Of a stretch of 64,000 bases of DNA, positions 28,801 through 37,901 are shown piece after piece. Position numbers and translations under genes: made by a program. The DNA lies in NCBI GenBank assembly GCA_965200315.1, contig OZ241362.1, forward strand, positions 5,216,001-5,280,000, in the 5' to 3' direction. This stretch comes from Candidatus Latescibacterota bacterium (GTDB lineage: Bacteria; Latescibacterota; UBA2968; UBA8231). How positions within the stretch are numbered: position 1 is the first letter of the stretch; each line of letters begins with the position of its first letter. Below the pieces are notes generated by a model. The model was given only the letters and a program-made list of their open reading frames with translations. It ran no database searches and was not told the DNA's origin.

Positions 28801-29181
28801 AGCGGGGCCGATAGTGCGTCCATTGCTGTGCAGATCGAGGGTTCGGTGGCGTGGACGCCGTTTCGCACGGAGGAAGGGGCATCCAAGGCGGTGGTCCTGC
28901 CCACCGATTTTGCGCTGCATCTGGCCTATCCCAACCCCTTCAACGCCGAGGTGGCATTGTCGTTTGATCTGCCTCAGGCGTCGTCGGTCGCGCTGGTGCT
29001 CTACGATGCGCTAGGACGGCCCGTGCGCCATCTTGTAGAAGGGTCGTTAGCGGCTGGCCGCTACCGATTCGTCTGGAACGGACGCGACCGAGAGGGGAGA
29101 GCGGTGGCTGCGGGAATGTACTTCTATCGCTTGGTGGCGGATTCGTTTGTCGCGGTGGGGCGCTTGGTGTTGGTGCGTTGA
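25858..29181 (+). CDS. Secreted M6 (immune inhibitor A-like) metalloprotease with beta-helix repeats and FlgD-Ig C-terminal domain
   Basis: Signal peptide, HEFAHVLGLPDLF, WGIMG Met-turn, EYFLLE.R, GLLIWHID, parallel beta-helix repeats, YPNPFN...WNGRD..G..VAAGMYFYRL. Confidence 0.9.
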   Translation: MLRRWFLFFFLFAPYPSSAAQFACAALESSAQQVVHTPEHLSALVIFAQFQDEGAPTTAPSWANGLFDAELPGSFAHFYRDMSGGRIHVDGQVLPRRYQSRTAADTYLADALGARGQFGRFNLEILTAADADADFGLFDNDGPDGVPNSGDDDGYVDIVFINLHTTPRDFFIGAATGIASLGLDTDYISGDPAAGGGFVRVRSRFTGFGGTTQRGHTFSITAATMCHEFAHVLGLPDLFDQTALTVAELAPEEDSAGIGNWGIMGWGTLGWGVEDGPNAFSAWSLATLGWVEVVEVEGSVSGLEIGEIFGDRKAYKISLTQDEYFLLEHRRADGSYYNRNIPQDGLLIWHIDEQADNDEERHKQVDLVCADGLFADRGFPNGNPDAVEGRDNLDFWARDAAYSSAHNGNKGDATDPFDGVRFRRFAWDTNPAFSGHTGFGRNLPLSVAIDNIRPQGAAMVVDVVRQQRTGHIVGDTTWTGRVDLDGDVVVMPGAALTIDAGAEIRFARGDVQGTGFDPDRSELIVYGELKIGEGASFASSATRSGPLDWSGIYLLDGQGVDPAAIAIEHAHRGVVGFRLPPGRTQWLDEQAVYGDLVVPVGSELHIGPSSVSFARSDLSRSGMSPDFAELIVEGALTIEGMAGQRAQLTTDPGPDNDGLWYGVRVLPGAQVEVQHAELRRTAFAFSGEINGKTSLRIVDSAVRESGGNGLRLALNGQAQVDRTEFTFIAGPAVLVAGSGQLALRNVTIEGNGQEGLLLNNASLEAIRVAVIDNGRLDSDDPRAGVRAIGGRGQRIEMWESQIEQNTGHGMDLTEWLGEVELHNSRLVANQGDGLRAERAARLVLAQVLVERNLRTGAEIAGSLVEIWNSTFRAHVAAGLRLGPGTRGAIEMGAFVGGRGLELTGVESLEIRASEFVRGTPAIQSVNSAPHIVGNRFADNAGAIRVAGPRMPTAIRGNTFANNTKAIENLSAEELNAQDNYWSGADSASIAVQIEGSVAWTPFRTEEGASKAVVLPTDFALHLAYPNPFNAEVALSFDLPQASSVALVLYDALGRPVRHLVEGSLAAGRYRFVWNGRDREGRAVAAGMYFYRLVADSFVAVGRLVLVR

Positions 29182-29466
29182 GTTCGCCAAGCGGGTACGT
29201 GAGCCGTTACCAAGGCTTTCTCTAGTCGCTCGTCTGCTCCACCGCTTTCCCCACCAGTGAGGTAGGTCGTTGCCGCTCGTCCGAGCTTGTCGAGCAAGTC
29301 GCTCAGCCGGAGATCGAGGCCCTCAATTGCGCCGTTGATGTCGGACGAGTCGAACTGTAATGCCTTTTTCAGTCCGCGTAGCACACCCACAAAAGCCGAT
29401 CTGTTTGTGCGTACCGCAAGGGCGGTTCACGCGAGTGATGGCTTGCAGGAGCACGTGGTCGCGCAT
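29182..29466 (-). pseudogene. hsdR: Type I restriction enzyme R subunit remnant
   Basis: Minus strand MRDHVLLQAITRVNRP (HsdR helicase motif VI), then frameshifted FVGVLRGLKKALQFDSSDING. Confidence 0.7.
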
Positions 29467-29562
29467 GGCCAATATGCTTGCCTGAGGAAGTAGTCTCCCG
29501 GGCCATTGTGCTATCTATGGAATAGGATATTTTTGTTGAAAATCCGATAGTATATAAACGAT

Positions 29563-29805
29563 ATGCAACAATCTATTCCCCGCTCGACATTGCTCTCTGA
29601 GGCAATCAGCGGCCTCGAAGAGGCACCGGCTGTGGCTTTATTAGGTGCCCGGCAGGTTGGCAAGACGACGTTGGCGCGACAGTTAGCAGCGGCATGGCCG
29701 GGGCGATCAACAGCGTTCGACTTGGAGTACCCGCTCGCACAGGATATAACGGCCCTGCCGTTGAAGAAAGTTGGCGACCTCGCGTTGCAGACGCCGAGGA
29801 GTTGA
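29563..29805 (+). pseudogene. Truncated AAA_14/DUF4143-type ATPase
   Basis: PAVALLGARQVGKTTLARQL...FDLE Walker A region only; 80 aa. Confidence 0.75.
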
Positions 29806-29815
29806 GACGGAACTT

Positions 29816-31246
29816 TTATATTCCCAACTGCTTGCGCAACAATTCCTGCACGAGCTGCGGGTTGGCCTTCCCTCGCGTCGCCCTCATTACTTGACCCATC
29901 AGAAATTGCACGGTGTTGTGGTTGCCGCTCTTGATTTTTTCGACCGCGTCGGGATGCGCGGCGATCACCTCGGCTACTGATTGGTCGAGCTCGCCGCTGT
30001 CGGAGATTTGCCCGAGGCCGCGTGCGGCGACGATCTCGGCGGGCGAGCCGCCCTGTTCCCACAGTTGGCCAAAAACTTCGCGGGCCGCGTTTTGGTTGAT
30101 CGTGCCCTTTTTGACTAAGGAGAGTAACTCGACGAGCGCGGCCGGCTGGACCTCGACGTCTTCAATCGGCCGGCCCTCGGCGTTGAGGCGGCGAAAAACT
30201 TCTCCGGTGATCCAGTTGCCCACTTGCTTGGGGTCTGCGTCTTGTATTTGTGCGGCTTCCTCAAAGTACGCGGCCACGGCATGATCCTCGACCAAAGCGG
30301 CGATCTCCTGTGGGTTGAGTCCGTAAGAATCGGCAAAGCGCTCGGCTTTGGCAGCCGGCAGCTCGGGCAAGCTGGCGTGGACTCTGGCGATCCACTGGTC
30401 GTCTAACTCCGCGACGAGCAGGTCTGGCTCCGGGAAGTAGCGGTAGTCATCCGAGGTCTCTTTGCTGCGCTGCGGACGGGTGATGTTGGTGCGTTCGTCC
30501 CAGCCCATGGTCTCTTGCTGGACGTGGCCGCCGGCTTCGACGATGCGTTGCTGGCGCTCGGCTTCATAGGCGATGGCGCTGCGCACGGCGCGGAAGGAGT
30601 TGAGGTTTTTGACCTCGACCTTGGTGCCCAATTCGCGGCTGCCCGCGGGCCGGATCGAGATGTTGGCCTCGCAGCGCATAGCCCCTTTCTCCATGTCGCC
30701 AGAGGACGCGCCGAGGTAGCGGACGATCTGGCGGATCTGGGTCAGGTACGCATAGCTCTCGTCGGCTGAGCGGAGCGAGGAGTCGGTGACGATTTCCATC
30801 AGCGGCACGCCGGCGCGGTTGTAGTCTATCAGGCTGGAGTGGCCGGCGTGCTGGAGCTTGCCAGTGTCTTCTTCGAGGTGGACGCGGACGACCCCGACTT
30901 GCTTGGGGCGGCTCTCGCCGTCGATTTCGATCCAGCCGCTCTCGCACAGGGGCTGCTCGTATTGCGATATCTGGTAGCCCTTGGGCAGGTCGGGATAGAC
31001 GTAGTTTTTGCGCGCAAAAACGCTGCGGGGTTTGACTTGGCAGTTGAGGGCCATGCCGGTCATAACCGTCAGCGCGACAGCGCGGCCGTTGATCACGGGC
31101 AAGGCCCCGGGCTGGCCGGTACACACCGGGCAGATATGGGCGTTGGCCGCCACCTGAAAGTGATCGGCCGCACAGGCGCAAAACATCTTGGAGGCGGTTT
31201 GCAACTCGACGTGGACTTCCATGCCAATGACGGTTTCGTAGTGCAA
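29816..31246 (-). CDS. gatB: Asp-tRNA(Asn)/Glu-tRNA(Gln) amidotransferase subunit B
   Basis: [56 protein letters not shown]. Confidence 0.98.
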   Translation of the reverse strand: MHYETVIGMEVHVELQTASKMFCACAADHFQVAANAHICPVCTGQPGALPVINGRAVALTVMTGMALNCQVKPRSVFARKNYVYPDLPKGYQISQYEQPLCESGWIEIDGESRPKQVGVVRVHLEEDTGKLQHAGHSSLIDYNRAGVPLMEIVTDSSLRSADESYAYLTQIRQIVRYLGASSGDMEKGAMRCEANISIRPAGSRELGTKVEVKNLNSFRAVRSAIAYEAERQQRIVEAGGHVQQETMGWDERTNITRPQRSKETSDDYRYFPEPDLLVAELDDQWIARVHASLPELPAAKAERFADSYGLNPQEIAALVEDHAVAAYFEEAAQIQDADPKQVGNWITGEVFRRLNAEGRPIEDVEVQPAALVELLSLVKKGTINQNAAREVFGQLWEQGGSPAEIVAARGLGQISDSGELDQSVAEVIAAHPDAVEKIKSGNHNTVQFLMGQVMRATRGKANPQLVQELLRKQLGI

Positions 31247-31362
31247 AGGATGCTCCTTGGGTTGTTAGTAGGTTAGGGCGTCGGCGTCCGCCGCGATAGC
31301 AAGTTCTCGCGAATAAGTTCCCCCAATTTTTTGAGCGAAACCGCCATTATCATCCCTGTAAT

Positions 31363-33900
31363 CTAATCTAGAGCGTCTTGGGGCAATTCTGGACGGGCTT
31401 TAGTCCACCGAAAAGCGATAGCCTTATTCAGAGCGGCCTTGATTTTCTTTTGGCAACTGTGAAGTTTATCGTCTCTGTATCCAAACCCTCTTAAAAATAG
31501 CTCGTCGAGTTGATCGATGAGACGATAGGCTTTTTCATTTTTTCGGTCTTGAACATCCAAAATGGGATCCATGATGTTCAATAGTTCTTCTCTTATATTT
31601 GAAGGAAATGAAGCAAAGTCAGGACACGGTAAATTGTTAAGGTGACCAACTTGGATTTTCAACATAAAGCTACCGTCAAATCGCGCACGATGAAGCCCAA
31701 TACCCTCTAGCAATAGATGGGCGATTCTACTGGATAGAAACAAAAATAGAAGAATGTCAAGCTCGCGGTCGCCAGAAGATTCGACGACTTGAAACTGATC
31801 AATTGCATAAGTTCTGAATTTGTTCCAAAAGACACCAATGGTTGTATCGACGATACATTGAACAGCAATGGCTGGAGGGGTAGACAGAGAGAGTGTGTAC
31901 CACTCTGGCCAATGGCTCTTAATCGACGTTCGATGGGCCAAGTGTTCGGCGCTAGCACCGTATTCCTGAATATACTTGAAAACAGGTTCATTTTCGTTTA
32001 CTCGCCTGTATAAGTTCAACAATCTAAAGGGAGTGTGCTGAGGAATAATGAAGCCGCGCAGGCCACGCGAATTTTTTACTGCGGGGACTAAGTGCTTAGA
32101 TGAAACATTTGCGAAAAAGTTCAGAAATGGATCGCGGTCTTCTCTCAAAAGAAAAAAGGCATTCCATCCTGTTTTTACACCCATTTTGGCGCGAGTATAT
32201 TGAGACAGTGTAGTCGGGCAAAGGGAAATCAACTCTTTACGGATTTTCGTTTGAAAGAAGAGTGTCTCGGTCCAGTTAGCGGAGAGTGCGAGCTCGCGTC
32301 GTTTTACTGGACGACCCTCATTTATGCTCAGAGGTTGCTGCCAGTCAGAAAGATGATTAAAGAGAAGGCTATCGCCAGCAGGTTTACTTCGGTTTAAGGT
32401 CAAGATGACGGTATTCGCTTTCGCCTTCATACCCGATTGGATAAAGGGGTGAGTGTGCAGTGTGAATATGTGGCGTAAATCGACCTCATTGGTCAAGTAC
32501 TGCCGGAGAGATTTTCCGTATTTAGTATCGAAAAAATTACGAGATGTTATATACGATAGGCTTCCCTCGCGATTGAGGACTTCAATACCGCGCAATATGA
32601 AGAACGTGCTCAAATCCGCGGTAGGTTTAAGCGGATAAGTAGGACAAGCGGCGTTCCAATGCTCGATAAATTCGCGTTTTTCGCGAATGCTATTCTGCTG
32701 ACTTAGCGGGACGAAAGGCGGGTTTCCCAGAGAAATATCAAAGCCGTCAAGCCGGCTGAGAAAAGACTGCACGTTTGTCTGCTGAGGAGCAATAGATGCG
32801 TCATCAAATATGGAGAGTTGGTAGTTATCGCTGGCGGCGAGAGGAATGAGTGCATTACCTGCTGTTAGGTTTTTCAAAGGATCTAAGCAATGAGATGGCG
32901 TCGATATGGATAACAGGGCTCTCTCTAGTAGCCACAGACGCAATTTGGCTAAATCGAGGGCTTGGGGCGCAATGTCCATACCATAGATATTTTGTGCAAA
33001 TATATGCCTTATGATGGAAGCACGAGAACAGCTATTGGTGTTCGCTAGAGAGGTAAACTGGAAAAAATCCACGAGAACATTCACGGCTGCTACCAGAAAG
33101 GCCCCAGCTCCTACCGCCGGGTCAATTATCCTTACTGTTTTCAATGAGTGCTCGATCCAAGAGAGGACCGTGGGATGGCGGTTGGCATAACTCTGGCGAG
33201 CCGTGCTATCAGTGCAGGAGAAAGCCCACAAGAGCACATCGGCAGCCTTAAATTCTCTTTTGTATTTATTTAGCAACCAGTTTTCAATAGCGTGGCGGGC
33301 AATGGTATAACAAAGGCCATCAGGGGTGAAATACGTTCCGGCCTCCTTGCGATCGATGCTGCGTTCGTATAGATAACCTAATATCCATGGCTCGATGTTG
33401 GGCGAATGGTTTTCAGCGGGTGTTTTATCCGTAGTGGAAAAATTCCAATTGTATTTGGGAAAAACGCCACATATAAGTTGATATAATTGCTCGCTATCAA
33501 CTGTCACCGCTGCCAAAGGTCGTACAAACACCGCTTTGTCCAGATAGGGAATCCCGTGAAAAAGTGGATGCTCGCTAAGCACCGGCGTTCTGCAATCGAG
33601 AGGAACGGCAAAAATTTGAGTGAACAATACCTTGACAAAGTCCTCATAGAGGTCTTGTCCCTTTGCAAGCACCTTTTGCGCGGCCTGCTGAAGATAGTTT
33701 CCCCTCTTTGTGCCCAAATGTCCATTTTCTTGCAAGAACTGCACGAATAGCAAACGTGATATAAGAGCGACTTCCGCCGCGTTCCGTTCTGGCCCCTCCA
33801 TAATAAGCCCCGGCGCATACTTTTTGAGATCGCCTAATAAAAGCAGGGAGGCATCCTGCGTTTTGTTTGCGCTCTGGGGCATTTTGTGTGACACGTTCAA
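31363..33900 (-). CDS. Orphan Eco57I/TaqI-like (gamma-class) N6-adenine DNA methyltransferase with TRD
   Basis: LGYLYE...GTYFTP, IIDPAVGAGAFL, IYGMDI, GFDISLGNPPF, MGVKTG.NAFF; markedly AT-rich. Confidence 0.82.
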   Translation of the reverse strand: MNVSHKMPQSANKTQDASLLLLGDLKKYAPGLIMEGPERNAAEVALISRLLFVQFLQENGHLGTKRGNYLQQAAQKVLAKGQDLYEDFVKVLFTQIFAVPLDCRTPVLSEHPLFHGIPYLDKAVFVRPLAAVTVDSEQLYQLICGVFPKYNWNFSTTDKTPAENHSPNIEPWILGYLYERSIDRKEAGTYFTPDGLCYTIARHAIENWLLNKYKREFKAADVLLWAFSCTDSTARQSYANRHPTVLSWIEHSLKTVRIIDPAVGAGAFLVAAVNVLVDFFQFTSLANTNSCSRASIIRHIFAQNIYGMDIAPQALDLAKLRLWLLERALLSISTPSHCLDPLKNLTAGNALIPLAASDNYQLSIFDDASIAPQQTNVQSFLSRLDGFDISLGNPPFVPLSQQNSIREKREFIEHWNAACPTYPLKPTADLSTFFILRGIEVLNREGSLSYITSRNFFDTKYGKSLRQYLTNEVDLRHIFTLHTHPFIQSGMKAKANTVILTLNRSKPAGDSLLFNHLSDWQQPLSINEGRPVKRRELALSANWTETLFFQTKIRKELISLCPTTLSQYTRAKMGVKTGWNAFFLLREDRDPFLNFFANVSSKHLVPAVKNSRGLRGFIIPQHTPFRLLNLYRRVNENEPVFKYIQEYGASAEHLAHRTSIKSHWPEWYTLSLSTPPAIAVQCIVDTTIGVFWNKFRTYAIDQFQVVESSGDRELDILLFLFLSSRIAHLLLEGIGLHRARFDGSFMLKIQVGHLNNLPCPDFASFPSNIREELLNIMDPILDVQDRKNEKAYRLIDQLDELFLRGFGYRDDKLHSCQKKIKAALNKAIAFRWTKARPELPQDALD

Positions 33901-33903
33901 GAT

Positions 33904-35784
33904 TCAAGCAAAGAGGACGTGTTGGCGGAGGAAGGCTTCGCAGGCTTGGTAGAAGGCCCGCACGGTCTCGGGCCTGCGCCAGCCGTGGCCTTCGCCTTCG
34001 TACAGGTGATAGACGTGTGGTATGTTGCGGCGGCGCAGCGAGGCCACGATCTCCTCGGCTTGAGCCGGGGGCACGACTTGGTCGTCGGTTCCCTGAAAGA
34101 TGGCGATTGGGTCGCGTAGCTGGTCGGCGGCATAGATTGGCGAGCGATCGCGATAGACCGCAGCCGCTTCGGGCAGGGGGCCGATCATGGAGTCGAGGTA
34201 GCGGGACTCAAATTTGTGGGTGTCTGCGGCAAGGGTGAAGAGGTTGGCTATGCCGTAGAGGCAGATACCAGCGCGGAAAAAGCCGGGCCGTGTGGTGAGT
34301 GCCCGCAAGACCGTGTAGCCGCCGGCGCTGCCGCCCATGATGACGAGGCGCTCCGGGTCGGCGAGACCATGGTCGATGAGGTGTTGGGCACCGCCGATGG
34401 CGTCTGCTACGTCGAGTAGGCCCCACTCGGAGCGCAGGGCGGTCATGTAGGCGCGCCCGTGGCCGGTGCTGCCGCGGTAATCCACGTCGAGGACGGCCCA
34501 GCCGCGCGTGGCAAAGTATTGGTGCCTGCCTTCAAAGCCGGTCTCTATCTGACCGGTGGGGCCGCCGTGGACGGTCACGATCAGCGGGGGGCGACCCCGC
34601 CCGCAAAAGCGGCTGCTGGCTGGTGGGTAATAGAGGCCGAAGATGCCAGTGGCGTCTTCGGATTGCCAAGAAACGGGCTGCGGTGCGGAAAGATCGTCCG
34701 CGGTTAGCAACTCCGTGGTTGTGTGCGCCTTCACCTGCATTTGCTCGGCCGTGCCAGCGACGATGCGGGCTGGTACGGCGCTCGCCGAGGCAATACAAGC
34801 GAGGCCCTTGCCGCGCGGAGCGGCGATGAGCTGCTCGACGTGGGTATAGCTCGCTAGGGCCGGGACCTTGGCGAGCGCACCGCTGTGGAGGTCGAGGCGG
34901 TACGCGGCGCGCTGGCTGTTTTCGCTGCGGACGAAATACAAGGTGCGGCCATCAGCGGCCAGCGAAAACGCCCGCCGCCCTTGGGCCCAAGCCGGGCCGG
35001 CCACGTCGTACGCGTCCTCGTTGAGGCAGCGCGTCGCACCGCTGGCCAAGTCGCGGCACCAAAGCTGAGAGTACCCGCGTTGGTCGGACGTGTACAGGAG
35101 CGAGTGGCCGTCGGGCGAGAAGCAAGGCTGGGCCACGGCCGTGTCGAAGTCACCGGCGACCTGTTCGGTGGTGCGCAATTGCGGCAAGCCGCTGCGGCTG
35201 CGCATCACTTGACTTAGCATCAGGCGAGTGCCATCCCAAGGCATTTGCGGATGGTCCCATTCGATCCACGCGAGGCGGTCGCCGCTGGGATGCCAAGCTG
35301 GCTGCATGTAAAAGTCGGCTCCCTCGACGAGGCGTTGCGGCCAACCACTTCCCCCCGCGTCAACTATGGCGAGGCAGTCGCGATCCTCGTAGTGGTGGAC
35401 ATAGACCAGATGGCGGCCCGAAGGGGAAGGCGCGGGGGCTGCGGCATAGCCAAAGGCCGGGATAATGGGCTGGGCTGGCCCGCTGGCGAGTGCCTGCCGA
35501 TAGAGGCGGCCGGACTGCTGCTCGGCAAAGTACAGATGGCCGCGATGGACGGCGAAGTCGCCGCCGCCGTAGCCGACTTTGGCGCGCACTGACAGGGCGG
35601 CGTTGAGGTCGCGCGGCGCGGCGTTAGGCCCTTGGCAGACTAAGACGCCTTGCGGCCCTCGCCCTTCGAGCCAGACGAGAGTGCGGCCATCGGCATCCCA
35701 AGCGAGATCGGACAACCGGATGGCGGTGGCAAGGTCGTCGGGCGAGAGGGCGCTCGGCCACAAGCCAAAGGGACGGACTTCCAC
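33904..35784 (-). CDS. S9 family (prolyl oligopeptidase-like) peptidase
   Basis: Beta-propeller N-terminus, HGGP, DYRGSTGHG, GGSAGG, QGTDDQVV, EGHG. Confidence 0.93.
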   Translation of the reverse strand: MEVRPFGLWPSALSPDDLATAIRLSDLAWDADGRTLVWLEGRGPQGVLVCQGPNAAPRDLNAALSVRAKVGYGGGDFAVHRGHLYFAEQQSGRLYRQALASGPAQPIIPAFGYAAAPAPSPSGRHLVYVHHYEDRDCLAIVDAGGSGWPQRLVEGADFYMQPAWHPSGDRLAWIEWDHPQMPWDGTRLMLSQVMRSRSGLPQLRTTEQVAGDFDTAVAQPCFSPDGHSLLYTSDQRGYSQLWCRDLASGATRCLNEDAYDVAGPAWAQGRRAFSLAADGRTLYFVRSENSQRAAYRLDLHSGALAKVPALASYTHVEQLIAAPRGKGLACIASASAVPARIVAGTAEQMQVKAHTTTELLTADDLSAPQPVSWQSEDATGIFGLYYPPASSRFCGRGRPPLIVTVHGGPTGQIETGFEGRHQYFATRGWAVLDVDYRGSTGHGRAYMTALRSEWGLLDVADAIGGAQHLIDHGLADPERLVIMGGSAGGYTVLRALTTRPGFFRAGICLYGIANLFTLAADTHKFESRYLDSMIGPLPEAAAVYRDRSPIYAADQLRDPIAIFQGTDDQVVPPAQAEEIVASLRRRNIPHVYHLYEGEGHGWRRPETVRAFYQACEAFLRQHVLFA

Positions 35785-35790
35785 TCAGCC

Positions 35791-36159
35791 CTACTCCATT
35801 AACTCGATTTTGACGTTGTCTGGGCCGTTGATAAAGACGATGCGGTTGCCGTCGTCGAGCGTTACCGGCCCCATCCAGATCTCGACGCCGAGCTCGGCGA
35901 TGTCGGCGAGGGTTTGATCGAAGTCGTCGGAGACGAGGGCGATGTGGTCGTAGCCTTGGTAGCGCCCCAATTCCATGGGGGCAAACTCGCGGTCCGTGAC
36001 GGTGATTTGCACGGCACCGATGTGGACCGGAACCCAAGTTGCACCGCCGCGCTCAAAGGGCGGATCGTTGGTGGCACCGAAGAGCTTTTTGTACCAGTCA
36101 ACCGCGGCGTGGACATCGACGGCCTCGTGGTGGACATGGTTGAGTGTGTAGTTGGGCAT
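35791..36159 (-). CDS. VOC/glyoxalase family protein
   Basis: LNHVH, YDHIAL, FINGPDNVKIELME. Start MPNY at 36159 after AAGAAAGGA. Confidence 0.85.
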   Translation of the reverse strand: MPNYTLNHVHHEAVDVHAAVDWYKKLFGATNDPPFERGGATWVPVHIGAVQITVTDREFAPMELGRYQGYDHIALVSDDFDQTLADIAELGVEIWMGPVTLDDGNRIVFINGPDNVKIELME

Positions 36160-36211
36160 GAGAAATCCTTTCTTGGTGAAAGCCCGAAAGTTTGCAAAAA
36201 GGGTGCTACTG

Positions 36212-37039
36212 TCAAGGGAGGTCCAAGGCGGCGGCAAGGCCCTTGAGATAGTGGAGACTACCAGCGGCGATGGTGCGCGGATCTGGGCTAAAATCAAACA
36301 CTTCTACGGAGACGTAGCGCTGATAATCCAACTCTTGAAGAGTCCGCATGACGCTGGCGAAGTCGGTGTTGCCAAAGCCAGGACCGCGCTTGTTGGCGTC
36401 GTTGACGTGGACGTGGTAGAGGTGCTCGCCTGAGTCGCGCAAAAGCTGGGCGACGGGAATTTTTTCGGTTGATCCGGAGCACACATCGACCATGGTCTGG
36501 AAGTGCGGGTGGTCGATCTCGGCGACCATTTTGTGCGCTTGGGCACAGGTGGTGATGATGTTCGTCTGCTCCTTGCTCAGCGACTCGATGCAGAGATCGA
36601 CGCCGTGCTGTTGGGCCAACTCCAAGCTGCCTTCAAAGGCTCCGCGCATGCGGTTCCAGCACTCTTGGTAATCCCACCCCTCCTGCACGTTGCGCTGCAT
36701 GGGCGAGCCGATGATCATCACTTGGCCGCCGAGGTCGCCGCAGAATTGGACTAGCGCCTTGAAGTACGCGCAGGTGCGTTGGTAGATGGCTGGGTCGGGA
36801 TGGGTGATGTACAGCCCGTCGGGGCTGGCCAAGAGCCAATGCAGGCCGGCGATTTCTACGCCAGCGCGTTCGGCGGCCGCGCGGATTTGGGCGCGGCGCG
36901 ACGCGGGGATGTCCTCGACGCTGTCGGCGAGTGTGAAGGGGGCGATTTCTACGGCTTCGTATCCGAGGTCGGCCGCGTAGTCGAAGACCTCTTCGATGGG
37001 CCAGTCGGCGAAGTACTCGTTGCAGGTGGCGAATTTCAC
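36212..37039 (-). CDS. Sugar phosphate isomerase/epimerase (xylose-isomerase-like TIM barrel)
   Basis: GYEAVEIAPF, CIE, MVD, HVHVND, VSVEVF. Confidence 0.88.
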   Translation of the reverse strand: MKFATCNEYFADWPIEEVFDYAADLGYEAVEIAPFTLADSVEDIPASRRAQIRAAAERAGVEIAGLHWLLASPDGLYITHPDPAIYQRTCAYFKALVQFCGDLGGQVMIIGSPMQRNVQEGWDYQECWNRMRGAFEGSLELAQQHGVDLCIESLSKEQTNIITTCAQAHKMVAEIDHPHFQTMVDVCSGSTEKIPVAQLLRDSGEHLYHVHVNDANKRGPGFGNTDFASVMRTLQELDYQRYVSVEVFDFSPDPRTIAAGSLHYLKGLAAALDLP

Positions 37040-37076
37040 ATTGTAGCTCCTTTAGAAGTATTTCAGAGTGCTGTCG

Positions 37077-37739
37077 TTACGATGCACAATCGATAAACTC
37101 CATCTCGACAGAGGAGCAGGACGCAAGTATGCTCTCTAGTGCTTCCGCCTCTCTGCGGTCAATCGTGAGGCCATACTTTCGGCGCACTTCAACGATGCGC
37201 TGGGCAAACCAGCACCTATTCATGGGCGGCATCCATTCGGCACCATCGTAGTGCCGCTTGCGGCCGCGATTTAATTCGGGGCTGGCAAGCGTCAGATTGA
37301 GCGGATCGGCAGCAAAGGCTCGACGTATTTGCACGATATTGGGGGCAGGCTCGCATAGCCCACTGTCGTGCGCCTCGGAAAGCGCGACGACGTGTTCGAT
37401 GTCCGTCTCCCACCGGCCGGAAAAGCAGTGCCCCGTGTACGGGCTGTAGATGCCGCCGAGTCCTTCGATAATGACCAGCTCGACGGACTGCGGGTAGCGA
37501 TAATCGCTGCGATCATAAGGGGAACATCTACTCTCGGGACGGATCTCGATCCCTCGCCAGTGGCTTTCTGCATTCCCAATGGCATTGTTCCCGCTGTCGT
37601 GCTCTTGAGCGGCGGCGGGTTGTTCCTGCCTCCGGCTCTCCCCAATGGTATTGTCCCTACTGCCTTCGACGGGATTGCCGTCGCCGCAGGCGATGAACAG
37701 GGCATTGGCAAGCAAAATAGTGTATTTGAAGACGCTCAT
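37077..37739 (-). CDS. Lipoprotein HNH nuclease, DUF1524-like
   Basis: Lipobox-like LFIAC; YSPYTG, DIEHVVALSEAHDSG, FAADPLNL...N..K, EWMP. Confidence 0.8.
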   Translation of the reverse strand: MSVFKYTILLANALFIACGDGNPVEGSRDNTIGESRRQEQPAAAQEHDSGNNAIGNAESHWRGIEIRPESRCSPYDRSDYRYPQSVELVIIEGLGGIYSPYTGHCFSGRWETDIEHVVALSEAHDSGLCEPAPNIVQIRRAFAADPLNLTLASPELNRGRKRHYDGAEWMPPMNRCWFAQRIVEVRRKYGLTIDRREAEALESILASCSSVEMEFIDCAS

Positions 37740-37901
37740 GGATGATCTCGTTGGGGAACGGAAACGCCCCATCCGCCTCGGCGACTCTGTAACCTAAAAG
37801 AAACAGAATAGGGAATAAAGGATACACTAGCCACTGCCCCCACCACTGACCGCCCCTCATGGCACAATCGTTGCAAGAGTCCAGACAAAGGAGGAAGGAC
37901 T

